NCBI RefSeq assembly: GCF_032854445.1
Contig: NC_088295.1
Span: forward strand, 32,082,510-32,146,509
Source of the DNA: Liolophura sinensis
Lineage: Eukaryota
Length of the DNA: 64,000 nt
Reading direction: 5' to 3'
Shown: piece after piece, positions 12,555 through 25,282 of the stretch
How the letters are laid out: each line of letters begins with the position of its first letter
How positions within the stretch are numbered: position 1 is the stretch's first letter
Position numbers and translations under genes: made by a program
The notes under the pieces: model-generated
What the model was told of the DNA's origin: nothing
The model's database searches: none
Seen by the model: only the letters and a program-made list of their open reading frames with translations

Positions 12555-14135
12555 ACTATGTAGGCTAACTTAAACGATAATGTATTACTACCACATCCAA
12601 TGGTTATCCTGCCATTTCCAGTTAGGGCTAAGGTAAACCATAATGCATTACTACCACATCCAATGGTATCCTGCCATTTCCAGTTAGGGCTAATGTAAAC
12701 AATAATGCATTACTACCACATCCAATGGTTATCCTGCCATTTCCAGTTAGGGCTAATGTAAACTATAATGAATTACTACCACATCCAAAGGTTATCCTGC
12801 CATTTCCAGTTAGGGCTAATGTAAACCATAATGCATTACTACCACATCCAATGGTTATTCAGCCATTTCCAGTTAGGGCTAATGTAAACCATAATGCATT
12901 ACTACCACATCCAGTGGTTATTCAGCCATTTCCAGTTAGGGCTAATGTAAACAATAATGCATTACTACCACATCCAATGGTTATCCTGCCATTTCCAGTT
13001 AGGGCTAATGCAAACCATAATGCATTACTATCACATCCAGTGGTTATCCTGCCATTTCCAGTTAGGGCTAATGTAAACAATAATGCATAACTACCACATC
13101 CAAAGGTTATCCTGCCATTTCCAGTTAGGGCTAATGTAAACAATAATGCATTACTACCAGATCCAAAGGTTATCCTGCCATTTCCAGTTAGGGCTAATGC
13201 AAACCATAATGCATTACTACCACATCCAAAGGTTATCCTGCCATTTCCAGTTAGGGCTAATGTAAACCATAATGCATTACTACCACATCCAATGGTTATC
13301 CTGCCATTTCCAGTTAGGGCTAATGTAAACAATAATGCATTACTACCACATCCAATGGTTATCCTGCCATTTCCAGTTAGGGCTAATGTAAACCATAATG
13401 CGTTACTACCACATCCAAAGGTTATCCTGCCATTTCCAGTTAGGGCTAATGTAAACCATAATGCGTTACTACCACATCCAAAGGTTATTCAGCCATTTCC
13501 AGTTAGGGCTAATGTAAACCATAATGCGTTACTACCACATCCAAAGGTTATTCAGCCATTTCCAGTTAGGGCTAATGTAATCTATAATGAATTACTACCA
13601 CATCCAATGGTTATCCTGCCATTTCCAGTTTCGGTTAATGTAAACCATAATGCATTACTACCACATCCAATGGTTATCCTGCCATTTCCAGTTAGGGCTA
13701 ATGTAAACCATGATGCATTACTACCACATCCAAAGGTTATCCTGCCATTTCCAGTTAGGGCTAATGTAAACCATAATGCATTACTACCACATCCAATGGT
13801 TATCCTGCCATTTCCAGTTAGGGCTAATGTAAACAATAATGCATTACTACCACATCCAATGGTTATCCTGCCATTTCCAGTTAGGGCTAATGTAAACCAT
13901 AATGCATTACTACCACATCCAATGGTTATCCTGCCATTTCCAGTTAGGGCTATTGTAAACCATAATGCATTACTACCACATCCAAAGGTTATCCTGCCAT
14001 TTCCAGTTAGGGCTAATGTAAACCATAATGCATTACTACCACATCCAGTGGTTATCCTGCCATTTTCAGTTAGGGCCAATGTAAACCATGATGCAGTACT
14101 ACCACATCCAATGGTTATCATGCCATTCAAATGAC
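12555..14135. repeat. Minisatellite, 60-bp unit x ~26, in PARP4 intron 4
   Basis: 'attactaccacatccaatggttatcctgccatttccagttagggctaatgtaaaccataatgc' reiterated. The 60-bp periodicity creates spurious long ORFs on both strands. Confidence 0.95.
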
Positions 14136-14260
14136 AAAATCTTTTAATTTGATGAGATGGTATAAACTGCTGCAAACTACACTTTCGGGTATATGAATTT
14201 TTTCATATACATATATAATAAAGAGAAATAAATCACGACAGGTTTTACCTTCATTTGCAG

Positions 14261-14425
14261 GGAAAGACACAGAATATTAAATACGTATTCAGTAATTCTG
14301 CTGATAAAATTGTGGAAGCATACACACAGCAGTGTGAAGAAGTGCAGAAGAAATATAATGCTGAGAGAGTACAGAACATTCAGCAGGTTCCCCTGGAAGC
14401 ATTGGGAACACGTCAGTTTAGAAAG
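14261..14425 (+). CDS. PARP4: PARP4-like exon 5
   Basis: GKTQNIKYVFSNSADKIVEAYTQQCEEVQKKYNAERVQNIQQVPLEALGTRQFRK, compare human RRQFAIKKTSEDASEYFENYIEELKKQGF...; tttgcag| and aag|gtagga. Confidence 0.7.
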
Positions 14426-15012
14426 GTAGGATCACGCCATAGACACCTGCAGTATACAAGTATGTACAGAGATAGCTGCATTATTCCTTATATGATTGAT
14501 GGTTTGATTGAGTTGTTTAATGGGTAGATTCCTTGAATAACAGGTTATGGTATTACATTGTCCATCATTAGTACATGTGTGCCCATGTGTGTAACCTTTT
14601 CAGCAGTTGCACTATACATGTATATACATAGAACCACTCTAATTAGAGTTTTAAACTGGACATATTTAGGCATGTGTAATTTGTTTACTGAAAATGAATC
14701 CTGATTGCAAAATCTTACGCCCCTTTTTTAGCACGTGGAATTTTCATGTTGTCAACACTGTATCTGCAGAACTCCTTCATGTGGAGTTTTTCATCTGGAT
14801 ATGCTTATGCACTGTCCATTGGCCCAGAAGCATAATGAAACTTGATTTGAGTGTGTGTCTTTGCTGATCATTGAAAGATCATACATAACATACCATAGTA
14901 CCGTAGTTCTTTCAGTTTGTCGAAAAATTTGGGTTCATTCGAGAAATACATTGTATTTGTTGATGTAGAAATGCGAGAAACATAACTGATCTGTAAATGG
15001 TTCTGTTTTCAG

Positions 15013-15150
15013 GTGTATCGAGAGAAAATGGTCACTGAAACCATCCCTGATCCTAGGGTGCTCACCCTTGTTAAGCAGGTGTGGGAGGAGGCTGTTGGAC
15101 ATCTGGGGCAAATCCTCACTGTACCTGTGGACAAGATTAAAATGGAACAG
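15013..15150 (+). CDS. PARP4: PARP4-like exon 6
   Basis: VYREKMVTETIPDPRVLTLVKQVWEEAVGHLGQILTVPVDKIKMEQ, compare human EVMNSSTLSQEVSDLVEMIWAEALGHLEHMLLKPVNRISLNDVSKAEG. Confidence 0.85.
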
Positions 15151-15344
15151 GTACATGCCTGAGTTAATTTGAAATGCTCTTTTTATACACCGTTATTTAC
15201 AGGTTTCAGTTTGGTTTGTCTGTTTGTCCATCTCTCCCTGTGAACAATGCATTTGCGGTCTGTTTGCTTCAGATCAGCTTATCCTTTTTAGTAGGCAGGC
15301 TTTGTGTAGGCAAGTGTGAATTAGGACTGAAAATAGGATTTTAT

Positions 15345-15775
15345 AATGCCTGGTCATACCGTTGCATGTACATGTAGTGATTTTGTATTGCCTGGTCATA
15401 CCGTTGCATGTACATGTAGTGATTTTTGTATTGCCTGGTCATACCGTTGCATGTACATGTAGTGATTTTGTATTGCCTGGTCATACCGTTGCATGTACAT
15501 GTAGTGATTTTTGTATTGCCTGGTCATACCGTTGCATGTACATGTAGTGATTTTTGTATTGCCTGGTCATACCGTTGCATGTACATGTAGTGATTTTGTA
15601 TTGCCTGGTCATACCGTTGCATGTACATGTAGTGATTTTGTATTGCCTGGTCATACCGTTGCATGTACATGTAGTGATTTTGTATTGCCTGGTCATACCG
15701 TTGCATGTACATGTAGTGATTTTTGTATTGCCTGGTCATACCGTTGCATGTACATGTAGTGATTTTGTATTTGGG
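15345..15775. repeat. Minisatellite, 42-43-bp unit x ~10, in intron 6
   Basis: 'ttgcctggtcataccgttgcatgtacatgtagtgattttgta' reiterated. Confidence 0.95.
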
Positions 15776-16615
15776 ATCATACTGAGATGAACTGGGTGAT
15801 ACAGGTTTTTTCAATCAAAGTTCTGATTTCCCGAGTAGTGGAGTAAAAGTCACAGTTAAGCTCCAATAAGGTGATCACAGTAGACGTCTTCATATTTGGT
15901 ATGTTCTTACATATTGAAGTGAACTACAGTGTAGGTTTTAATTTAATCTGGGGCATTTGCAATCAAATTCTGTTATAATGGAGTTGAAGAAGGTGCGTTC
16001 CAGTGATGTCATCCCTGAAATCAAACCAGTCCAGATTTTATCTCTGGTATGCAGGTTTATGTTGAACTGAACTAGGCTTCAATTTAAAACAAAGGTAAGA
16101 AAATAGCTGTGGAATATTTTTGAATCTAACTTCTGAGAAAGTGGCGAGTCAGTGTTTTAGCTAAAACTTTTGAAGCTGGTTTGATCAAATTTCAGCTGAT
16201 TATTAATAACTGAAACATTGTACTTAACAATTTTTCAGTCATATGACGACGAAGGAATCCTTAGAGTTCATGTAATGTGCTTCCTTGTTGCAGGATGGAT
16301 TTCCACCACTCTTTTATATACTGCTGCTTCACTGAAATGGCTTACCATTACCATTTCCAAGTAAGCCCCCCCTGCTGGAGCCATTATACTGATACGGGTT
16401 AACCAGTCATTGCACTATTCCCTTCTTGCTGCACGCCAAGCGAGGAAGTTACAACTTCCTCTTTTGATGTCTTATGTCTGACTCTACCCAGGATCAGGAT
16501 TGAAACAGACGCTCTATCATGAATAGTATTACGGAAATGAAGAAGTTCATACCCAGAAACCAACTGGTGGATATAGTTAGATTTATTAACTATGACTGTG
16601 TAAATCTACTGACAG

Positions 16616-16786
16616 GTGGAGAAGGCAGAAGGAGTGTTATTACAGATAAAGGAGGCACTTGAAGGTCAATCCAGTGCTAAGGATTTGGAGAACCTCAGTT
16701 CTCAATTTTATGAAGCCTTGGCGCATGTGAATCCAGTAACTATTACAAACAAGCTTATCCTGTGCAGGAAGAAAGACCTTTGTCAG
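16616..16786 (+). CDS. PARP4: PARP4-like exon 7
   Basis: VEKAEGVLLQIKEALEGQSSAKDLENLSSQFYEALAHVNPVTITNKLILCRKKDLCQ, compare human VSKAEGILLLVKAALKNGETAEQLQKMMTEFYRLIPHK...LLAKKADLCQ. Confidence 0.85.
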
Positions 16787-17081
16787 GTACGTGAACCATG
16801 CCTCTATATATATGTGAGCAGCTACCCTTTAAGGAACAAGCACGTACATTAAGGTATACACGTAGCTTAAATGTATTTAGTAATGTTATTAAGTGTATTT
16901 AGCTGTTTGCGTATCTTATTATTAAAATGTTTTCTTTTTCGTAAAAATTGTATTTTGTGCGGGAAGCGCAAGTAAATGTGTGGGATTATGCATGCATGCA
17001 ACATTACATTGAAATCATGTAAAATCAGCACAATGGCTTGAATGTTATGTAATTATGATACATGTTCCTTGTTATTTGTAG

Positions 17082-17242
17082 TTAATCCGGGACATGACAG
17101 CAGTAGGGGAGACAACCCACTGGCAGAGACATCCCTCAGAAGTAGCCACGTACAAAGCTCTACGTTGTTCTCTGGAATACATGAAGACAACTGATTTAGA
17201 CTTTGAAACTGTCTCCAGTTTAGTTAAGGACAGTCTCACAAG
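17082..17242 (+). CDS. PARP4: PARP4-like exon 8
   Basis: LIRDMTAVGETTHWQRHPSEVATYKALRCSLEYMKTTDLDFETVSSLVKDSLT, compare human LIRDMVNVCETNLSKPNPPSLAKYRALRCKIEHVEQNTEEF; ends phase 2. Confidence 0.85.
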
Positions 17243-18343
17243 GTAAGTCAGTTTTAAGGGTCGTGTGTCGAAAATTTGTATGTACATGTTTTTGATCTGG
17301 AATCAAGACATATGGTAAATGACCTAAAGTTTCGCCCTGGACTAGGAAAGTGTATCCCAGGATTCATTGCATTGGTTGTGGCTGTTAATGACTGAGCGCA
17401 GTGGGAGAACATCAGGGGTGGTCAGGGGATTATACTGACCGTACAAGAATGTAATAAACAAGTCCACGCTTCACTGAAGAGTTAGTCCATGTTCCTACCA
17501 CAAACATTTCATGTTTTCCTCAGCTTTAATCATAATAGTTTTAGTCCTCTGGCGACATGTTAATCACGTCTGGGGAACAACCATACACAGGAAATCATAA
17601 AAAATCTTGTTTATAAAGTTAGTGACGGTGTTGTGCCAACTCTAATGTGATAACTCAAACAAGTCCTGTCTCCTGATATGCCGGACTCGTACACAAGTGG
17701 TAAAAGTAAATCCTGGTAGTTTTCGAAAACCTTGCATGGAGTATGTTTTCTGTGTTTAATGGAGGTTCCCGATAAAAAAACACGGAAAAGGAACCTTTCT
17801 GCAATAGGATGACAATTCTGACTGTAAAGAAACAAAATGTGCGTGTAGACTGACATACGAAATTGGAATTACCTGGACACGAGAAGCTGCTAGTCAAGAA
17901 ACCTGCAAAACTTACTGTCAGTGACTTGACCCCATATAGTGAGGATTAGCAACCACAGCTGCTAAAAAGTGCCATTCAGAGGGTGAGGGATCTCTTCTCT
18001 CATTTTGCCGCTATCTCAGATTGTGCGGAAATAAACAACATTAACTCACGTGTGAAACTTCGTTTACTGTAGATGTTTTGTGTTATAAGGAGGGGCATGT
18101 CATATGATGCAGTTCAGCATGTGACATGTTGGAATACAGCCATGTCTTTGAGATGGATCTTTTTGGAATACTGTTCAAAGTGTATCCTTTTTTTTTGTCT
18201 TGTTTGTAAGACAAAAGCACTACATGTCTTGGAGAGGACTTGTATTCCACCAATGTGACTTGCATATCTGTTCCTCACACATGAGAAAGTTTAATTGTCA
18301 GTGACTTTCCGAGGGTTTATACCCCAGTTACATTGGTTTATTT

Positions 18344-18599
18344 ATTAGATTGGTGTTTTCCGCCCTACTCGAGGATATTTCACGTATACGATGGCGGCCA
18401 GCATTATGGTGGGAGGAAACCAGGCAGAACCCGGAGGAAACGCACAGTCATCTGTAGATTGCTGGCACACCTTCCCACTTACAAGCAAAGAGGAAACCAG
18501 CATGAGCTGGACTTGAACTCACAGCAACCATGTTGCTGAGAGGCAAGCTGCCCTTTAACCTGCCCTAACGTGCTAACCAACTGAGCTACGTAGGCCCCC
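18344..18599 (-). mobile_element. tRNA-derived SINE, full-length copy in intron 8
   Basis: Reverse complement begins 'gggggcctacgtagctcagttggttagcacgttagggcagg' (A-box tagctcagttgg) and contains B-box 'gagttcaagtcc', core 'cctcccaccataatgctggccgccatcgtatacgtgaaatatcctcgagtagg' and tail 'aacaccaatctaataaataaa'. Confidence 0.8.
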
Positions 18600-18856
18600 T
18601 GCATTGGCATACTCCACGTATAAAACACACTACCATTGTAAAAGTTAAACCTGTTCGAATGTGGAATTGGACAGTGATAAAAAAAAAATAAATGTATGAA
18701 CAATGAAATGTCACGCATAATGTCTGAGACAAATGGAAATAGAAAACCATACCATACTGCATCTTATTTGTGACTTTATCTGCTAGGTTAGGATAATACT
18801 TCTTCCTATTTTTTCACAACCAACCTAATGGCCCTGATGTCTTCCTTCTCCTTCAG

Positions 18857-18994
18857 ACAAGACAGAATGGAAATCGTAAATATCTTCACAGTCCAGCGAC
18901 CAATGGAAGAAGAGATGTTCAGACATGACCTATCCCCCAAGAAACTGCTCTTTCATGCCTCCAGCTTCTCACGTTTTCTTGGAATACTCTCAAG
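18857..18994 (+). CDS. PARP4: PARP4-like exon 9 (PARP catalytic domain, His of H-Y-E)
   Basis: (R)QDRMEIVNIFTVQRPMEEEMFRHDLSPKKLLFHASSFSRFLGILS, compare human VDVLQIFRVGRVNETTEFLSKLGNVRPLLHGSPVQNIVGILCRG. Confidence 0.85.
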
Positions 18995-19736
18995 GTGAAA
19001 ATAATTTTGTTCATTTAGTACTTTTTTCAACACTCTCTTGCGGATCTTTATGAGAACAATCTTGGTCCACTACAAGAAAATGAATAAATGATACATTGTT
19101 TGAACCTCAAAAGTCCTGACCATTCCATGGGTTGCTATTTAAACAGTTTATTAACACGTGTAACCCTAAACGACCTAATATTTCGCCCACAAAACTGCAT
19201 TTTTAGAGGCAAATAAATGTCACAAATTATTATTTTTAGTGCCGAAACTTACAATTTTCCAGTAGAATATTATCCCATGTCCCAAGCAGACCTCAAAGCA
19301 ATAGAACTCTCAGAATCTGGAAAAAATGGGCAAGTTAGTCATGGATGGAATTTACGGTCATTTTATGGTATGTAGTGAAAGAAAAGTGGCCTGTCCATAC
19401 ACTTATGAAGCATTCCAGTTCACCAACACTGAAAAGGGCTGATTTATTTGTACATTAAAAGTAATTTAAGAATGAGTACTGTATTGTATGGCATATATAT
19501 TATAAGTGGCATTTCACAATAAGCTTCATTACAATACATGCCGGCTGTTTTCAGTTATACGTTAAAAAATGTGAAAGAATTAGGTTGATTAATTTTTTTA
19601 CTTATAAGTTTCTGTTTTTCTTCAGTATATTTAAACCGTCATTGTTGATTATCTTCATAATTGTGCAGTAGTTCTGTGTTAAAGTGAACAAAACAACCAT
19701 CCCCACTAAGCATGAATGCATTTGATCCTGTTGCAG

Positions 19737-19835
19737 AGGTCTTCTGTTGCCCAAGCTTGTGGTGAATGAGTATGGGGGAAGTAGGTCGGACCCTGGTAAC
19801 CTGGGTTATGGCATTTACTTTGCTGAATCAGCCAG
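19737..19835 (+). CDS. PARP4: PARP4-like exon 10 (catalytic Tyr)
   Basis: (R)GLLLPKLVVNEYGGSRSDPGNLGYGIYFAESA, compare human GLLLPKVVEDRGVQRTDVGNLGSGIYFSDSLS. Confidence 0.9.
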
Positions 19836-20266
19836 GTATGTGTAATGAAAGTTTCAGAAACCAATCAGAAAGTGCCAGAATATTTTGATCCAGATAATGG
19901 TAATGACACTATCCCATGTTTCCCATTAGAGTTCAATCATTTTTTAATCAAAAAATCTACTCCCCTTATTGTTTTCTTTTTAAATTACATGAAGGGAAAT
20001 TATATGGTTGAAGTGTTACTAGATTCTGTTCATTTGAATAATGAAGACGGAGACAATAGATTTCTTACATATGTTTGTATATTCTCAGCTAGGTCCTCTC
20101 CTATATCTAAACCAAAAAAGTTGTGGACACCTATTGATTTCATTTACTTCTCAATTAAATATACTTTACAGAGAATTACTGCTACATGTTTAAGCTGTTT
20201 GGGTAGAAGTTTTCCATGAACTGTGAGGCTTGTTTTAGCATCTTCACATCTCTACCTCCATTTCAG

Positions 20267-20450
20267 CGTGAGCTGTGCATACTCTGGAGTGAGTCAGTCT
20301 CGTGGGACTCGCTTCATGCTGATAACAGAGGTGGCCCTGGGAGAGAGTTGCAAGTTCTACACTCAGCAACCTGATCTCACTGCGCCACCCCCGGGCTATG
20401 ATAGTGTACATGGGGTAGCTCACTCACCTCAACAACCCTCCTTCTTCAAG
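20267..20450 (+). CDS. PARP4: PARP4-like exon 11
   Basis: VSCAYSGVSQSRGTRFMLITEVALGESCKFYTQQPDLTAPPPGYDSVHGVAHSPQQPSFFK, compare human YSHPGETDGTRLLLICDVALGKCMDLHEKDFSLTEAPPGYDSVHGVSQ. Confidence 0.9.
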
Positions 20451-20714
20451 GTACGGACCGACATTTACAGATATACATGTACATGCACTTTTGTTTAAGC
20501 ATCCATTCGCTTCAGTCATGTCTATATTACATGTAGGTGTCCTCAGCCTGTTACTGTTTATTTCATTTGAATGAGTGTAGGGTAATATAGACTTGTTGTG
20601 GAGTGTGGGGTTAGGGTGGGTCGGAGTATCGCAGCTATTGCAAATTTGCACTTGTTTGGTATGGGGTCTATAAGCCACAATTAGAAGAATATCTCGTTTA
20701 CTTTTCTTTTCCAG

Positions 20715-20874
20715 AATGATGAATTTGCCATATATCAGAGTAACCAACAGAAGCTGAGGTACCTGATCGAGTTCACTTTACCTGGGGACAAGCCACTGCC
20801 TGCACCACTACAGCTCACCAGAAGTGTGAAATCACCAGACTTTGAGCACCTGGATTTCTCTGACATCATGGCAG
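20715..20874 (+). CDS. PARP4: PARP4-like exon 12 (catalytic Glu)
   Basis: NDEFAIYQSNQQKLRYLIEFTLPGDKPLPAPLQLTRSVKSPDFEHLDFSDIMA, compare human DDEFVVYKTNQVKMKYIIKFSMPGDQ. Confidence 0.85.
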
Positions 20875-21454
20875 GTATGGGGTAATGTTCCATCAGCTCA
20901 CCCATCCATCATGTTTGCCATCATGCAAATATAAGGATTTTCTGCCTCTACGGTAGTTATTGAATGAACTTTTTGAAAAGCAGATATTTTGTATTCGTAT
21001 GGCATTTTGTTATTTCACTTAGGCCACACCAATTAAAATTTTTGTTTTGACAAGCTGAATAAATCTTCTCTCTATGTCGGAGGGTATGAAAATAAAACTG
21101 AAAAACCACCTACACTGTAGCTCATCACATTTGTGGTAACTGTGAACTGTCCCAACATATTTATGTGATCCGAAAGCCTAGGAAAACTATAAAATCACAA
21201 AAAACATTAAAGATTGTACAGAATAAAAAGTTGGGTTTTCAATTTTATTTTTATTTCGTTTTTGGATTTTCTGTTGTTGGCTTGCCTGTGAAACATAAAA
21301 TAAAATTGGTGTAGCCTGAACTCTAAGGAGGGACACACCAAAAGTGTCATGGAATTATTGAGCCACAGACTAGGGAAAACTGGATTTATTTTCATTCAGT
21401 ATAAAATTTCATATGTAATAAATGTATACCTAAATGTATTATAAAATTGTGGTG

Positions 21455-21655
21455 GTGGGGAGTGAGAGTCTCTCACCAATGCAGTCAATGTGAGTTCAAG
21501 TCCACTGTATGCTGGATTCTTCTTTGGCTTTATGTGGGAAGGTTTGCCAGCAACCTGCAAATGGTCGTGGATTTCCTCTGGGCTTGGTCATATAAGTGAA
21601 ATATTTTTAAGTACAGCATAAAACACCAATCAAAGAATTAAAATAAATACTATAA
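21455..21655 (+). mobile_element. SINE copy (5'-truncated) in intron 12
   Basis: 'ctcaccaatgcagtcaatgtgagttcaagtcc...' followed by tail 'gtgaaatatttttaagtacagcataaaacaccaatcaaagaat'. Confidence 0.6.
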
Positions 21656-21926
21656 GATGGTTTTGGAGAACTAGGAAAAGGTATGATACTGAAAGTTTTG
21701 CACTAAAAAATGGTTCCATATGATCATGAGTGATGGAGAGTGATGTGGGCTGTGTCTAAGGATTGGGGATCTCTTCCTCATAGTGGTCTTTTAAGCATTC
21801 ACGTTTTGAAAGAAATATTTTGATGGTTATTTAAAGAAGTGGATTAAGCTGAAATAAAAAAAAAATGGAAAACATGTTTGTAGTAGATTTTTAAAGTTGT
21901 TTGGGATTGTGCATGAATTGCTTTCA

Positions 21927-22057
21927 GATGTGACACGTGTCCAGAGTAAGGAAGACCCATTGAGTAAAGTGACCAGTGGACTAGTGAGTTCTGGGGATTC
22001 GTCTGTCCCCCTCAAATCGGTCCATATCAGGGCACGTCTCCTCGACATGGCTGCTCA
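21927..22057 (+). CDS. PARP4: PARP4-like exon 13
   Basis: (D)VTRVQSKEDPLSKVTSGLVSSGDSSVPLKSVHIRARLLDMAAQ, compare human GNLVPLEDVHIKGRIIDTVAQ. Confidence 0.8.
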
Positions 22058-22084
22058 GGTACATGTAATGCTGATTTGTCTCAT

Positions 22085-22790
22085 CATGTTTGTACAATGT
22101 AGGATTGTGGTGCTGTAAAGGAATTTGGTTTGCTCAGTTTATACTGATCAGGCTAGTATGATTGTGGCGCTGTAAAGGAATTTGGTTTGCTCAGTTTATA
22201 CCAATCAGGCTAGTGGGATTGTGGCACTGTAAAGGAATTTGGTTTGCTCAGTTTATACTGATCAGGCTAGTGGGATTGTGGTGCTGTAAAGGAATTTGGT
22301 TTGCTCAGTTTATACCGATCAGGCTACTGGGATTGTGGCGCTGTAAAGGAATTTGGTTTGCTCAGTTTATACTGATCAGGCTAGTAGGGTTGTGGCGCTG
22401 TAAAGGAATTTGGTTTGCTCAGTTTATACCGATCAGGCTAGTAGGGTTGTGGCGCTGTAAAGGAATTTGGTTTGCTCAGTTTATACTGATCAGGCTAGTG
22501 GGATTGTGGCGCTGTAAAGGAATTTGGTTTGCTCAGTTTATACCGATCAGGCTAGTGGGGTTGTGGCACTGTAAAGGAATTTGGTTTGCTCAGTTTATAC
22601 TGATCAGGCTAGTATGATTGTGGCGCTGTAAAGGAATTTGGTTTGCTCAGTTTATACTGATCAGGCTAGTAGGGTTGTGGCACTGTAAAGGAATTTGGTT
22701 TGCTCAGTTTATACCGATCAGGCTAGTATGATTGTGGCGCTGTAAAGGAATTTGGTTTGCTCAGTTTATACCAATCAGGCTAGGATTGTG
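22085..22790. repeat. Minisatellite, 58-bp unit x ~12, in intron 13
   Basis: 'ggattgtggcgctgtaaaggaatttggtttgctcagtttataccgatcaggctagtgg' reiterated. Confidence 0.95.
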
Positions 22791-23124
22791 GTGCTAAGGT
22801 TTGACATGTTTGTACTGCTAGTAGAATTGTACTGCTAATGTAGACTTGCTCATTTTGTTATGTACTGTAAACTTAACTTGGTATACAACAAGTAAGCAAT
22901 AAATTTCCCATTCCCATAAGTTTTTGTCCCATTTTAACCATTGTCAACAAAATTATGACTGTTTTTGTCTTGTGGTCGTTTTTGACATACTATACATATT
23001 TAATATTCTGATGGCTGAAACTGGCAAGGGACATGTATTGCCAAAAAACTTAGTTTAACAACAAAGTGTAACACCTTTTAATTAAGACACCTGTGTACAT
23101 ATATACTGTGATTATTAAACACAG

Positions 23125-23349
23125 GTGGTTGTTCTACAAGAGTACAGTAATGACCTGAACACAGCCATCGAGGCCAAGTATGTGTTTCCACTGGATGACC
23201 TGGCTGCTGTCTGCGGGTTTGAGGCCTTCATTAACGGTAAACACATTGTGGGGGAGGTGAAGGAGAAGGCTACAGCCCACAGGGAGTATAAGGAGGCTGT
23301 TAGTGCTGGTCATGGGGCATACTTAATGGACCAGGATGAAGAGACACCT
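23125..23349 (+). CDS. PARP4: PARP4-like exon 14 (VIT domain start)
   Basis: VVVLQEYSNDLNTAIEAKYVFPLDDLAAVCGFEAFINGKHIVGEVKEKATAHREYKEAVSAGHGAYLMDQDEETP, compare human VIVFQTYTNKSHVPIEAKYIFPLDDKAAVCGFEAFINGKHIVGEIKEKEEAQQEYLEAVTQGHGAYLMSQDAP. Confidence 0.95.
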
Positions 23350-23994
23350 GTGAGTTGAATTTAAGGCATGGTATCACATTCCTGAGGCTAAACCACTTTT
23401 GAAATGAAGTCCATGTTTGCCAGTTAGACACACCTAACAAAATCGTGTCTAGAGAAACTCAATTTAGGTGTGTGCTGATCAAATTCCTGGTCTTTTGTAA
23501 GGGATGTGATCACCACAAAAACAAAGATGACAGCCTGAATTTAATCCACAACTGTTTGGCTGGTAAATTCTTTTAATTTGAGGAAATTTGAGTTAATTGT
23601 TTTACATGTTTCAACCATATTGACATCATTTGAATGTGAGTGAATTATTTTTGTGTACAGTACATGTATCTTACATCCATAAGATATACGCAGTTGTTAA
23701 TAAATAAATAACGCAATGAAATAAATAAACATTGATTAAATGAATAAGGAATAAAAATAAACTCCAGTCAAACAAACAAATATTTTATTAGGAGATAAAT
23801 AATAGGTTATCTATTATTATCTTTTTTAAAGGTTGGTGGTTCACCCCACAGACTCAGGTCTCCACCAGCCATAAAAACTGACTACCATCACCTAAGTGAA
23901 ATATTCTTGAATAAAGCATTAAGAAACAGTCAGATATATGAATCATTAATTGTAGTAGTGGAAGGTGAATCTGATGTCTGTGCTTGTTGTCCAG

Positions 23995-24159
23995 GATGTG
24001 TTCACAGTTAGTGTTGGGAATCTGCCCCCAAAGGCCAGTGTTCTTATCAAGATCACCTATGTGGCAGAGCTGCTGACAGAGGAGGGACTGATCAGCTTCA
24101 GTCTTCCTGGTAGTGTGGCGCCATGGAAACGAGACTCCGCCCTTGACCAGACTACACAG
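23995..24159 (+). CDS. PARP4: PARP4-like exon 15 (VIT)
   Basis: DVFTVSVGNLPPKASVLIKITYVAELLTEEGLISFSLPGSVAPWKRDSALDQTTQ, compare human DVFTVSVGNLPPKAKVLIKITYITELSILGTVGVFFMPATVAPWQQDKAL. Confidence 0.95.
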
Positions 24160-24776
24160 GTGAGGACGAAAACTTACTGACCAGGATCCGTGTCTCTAAA
24201 CTACAGTAAATGAATTGTAATTTCGTGAAAGTTTTCACCCTGCTGTGGGAGCTGTAGTACATAAGAGTGATTAGTTGGTGAGCAGTCATATGACTTAAGC
24301 TAATAATGAATTTATTTTTGAATTTTAATACTCCTAATCACCCAATGTTTTATGTGATTTTCTAGTTGGTAAAGCTTCTTTAAAATAGTAGATGATTTAC
24401 TGTACATATACGTTAAACGTGCATGATGTGCCTAAATATAGCTCATCATACAAATCAGATACAAGTTGAGTGATAAAATCATGGGGAGTAATAGGTCTAT
24501 TCGTGTTGTTACATTGCATGAAATACAACAGTGGGGTCTGTGATTCAGGATTGGTCACTTCACCATGCTTGTGTTATTAACTAAATCCTCACCCTATTGG
24601 ACCTCTAAAGCACTTTTCCCCATGGAATTTATGCCTACATTAATATTAAAATAGCCTTTAAATGAAAATGTATTCATGTTGAAACATTGTAGCTCGACAC
24701 TGTTGACATATTATGTCAGATGTACATACATGTACACATCTGAAAATTATGTTTTTGTGATCTTGGCTTTTTTCAG

Positions 24777-24899
24777 ACAGCTGTGGATACACTGAAGGTG
24801 GACTCTAACATTGGTCAGAACACCAGTCTCCAGATCTCCGTGAACATGCCCTTTGACATCAGGTTTATCGAGTCACCCACGCACAGGCTGAAGAAAAAG
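24777..24899 (+). CDS. PARP4: PARP4-like exon 16 (VIT)
   Basis: TAVDTLKVDSNIGQNTSLQISVNMPFDIRFIESPTHRLKKK, compare human DTVEKICIKEIGTKQSFSLTMSIEMPYVIEFIFSDTHELKQK. Confidence 0.85.
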
Positions 24900-25079
24900 G
24901 TATGTAGGTAGATATGTGCATATATGTACTACATTGTACATATTCAGGGAGTGATGGCCACTAAGTTTGTGTTTTGAACAGAGATTACTCTGCTCAAATA
25001 GTTTTATGGAAAAGCATTATTTTAAAGCTTTTATGTACTTATGAAAGTTTTTACAGGCAAAAGTTTTGGTGAAATACAG

Positions 25080-25253
25080 TATGTAAGCTATGATTTTTGG
25101 TCTGATTTACTACAGACTACAGCCTCCAGAGCAGTACTGGAGTTAGAGAAGAACCAAACACTTGAGGGTGGTTTTCAGCTCCTGATTGGCCTGTCAGAGA
25201 TTCATGTACCACGGATGTGGGTTGAGGAACACCCGGACAATGAGGACAGTCAG
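25080..25253 (+). CDS. PARP4: PARP4-like exon 17 (VIT end)
   Basis: YVSYDFWSDLLQTTASRAVLELEKNQTLEGGFQLLIGLSEIHVPRMWVEEHPDNEDSQ, compare human ...SSGFSLHIGLSAAYLPRMWVEKHPEKESE. The acceptor atacag| at 25079 was chosen because the stronger tttacag| at 25056 gives a stop in phase 0. Confidence 0.75.
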
Positions 25254-25282
25254 GTAATCATAGTTGTCTCCCCCTTCCTGTG

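Noticed and set aside
12725-14175. Long ORFs on both strands (121, 136, 280 and 197 aa), e.g. MVILPFPVRANVNNNALLPHP...
   Set aside because: These are translations of a 60-bp minisatellite (unit length divisible by 3) inside PARP4 intron 4. They are perfectly periodic, have no splice or start context, and both strands are open.
22162-22617. 151-aa ORF MWRCKGIWFAQFIPIRLVGLW...
   Set aside because: Translation of the 58-bp minisatellite in intron 13.
25057-25079. Stronger-looking acceptor (tttttacag|) 23 nt upstream of the chosen exon-17 start
   Set aside because: In the required phase 0 it runs into TAA after 9 codons. The acceptor at 25079 keeps the frame and gives a 174-nt exon.
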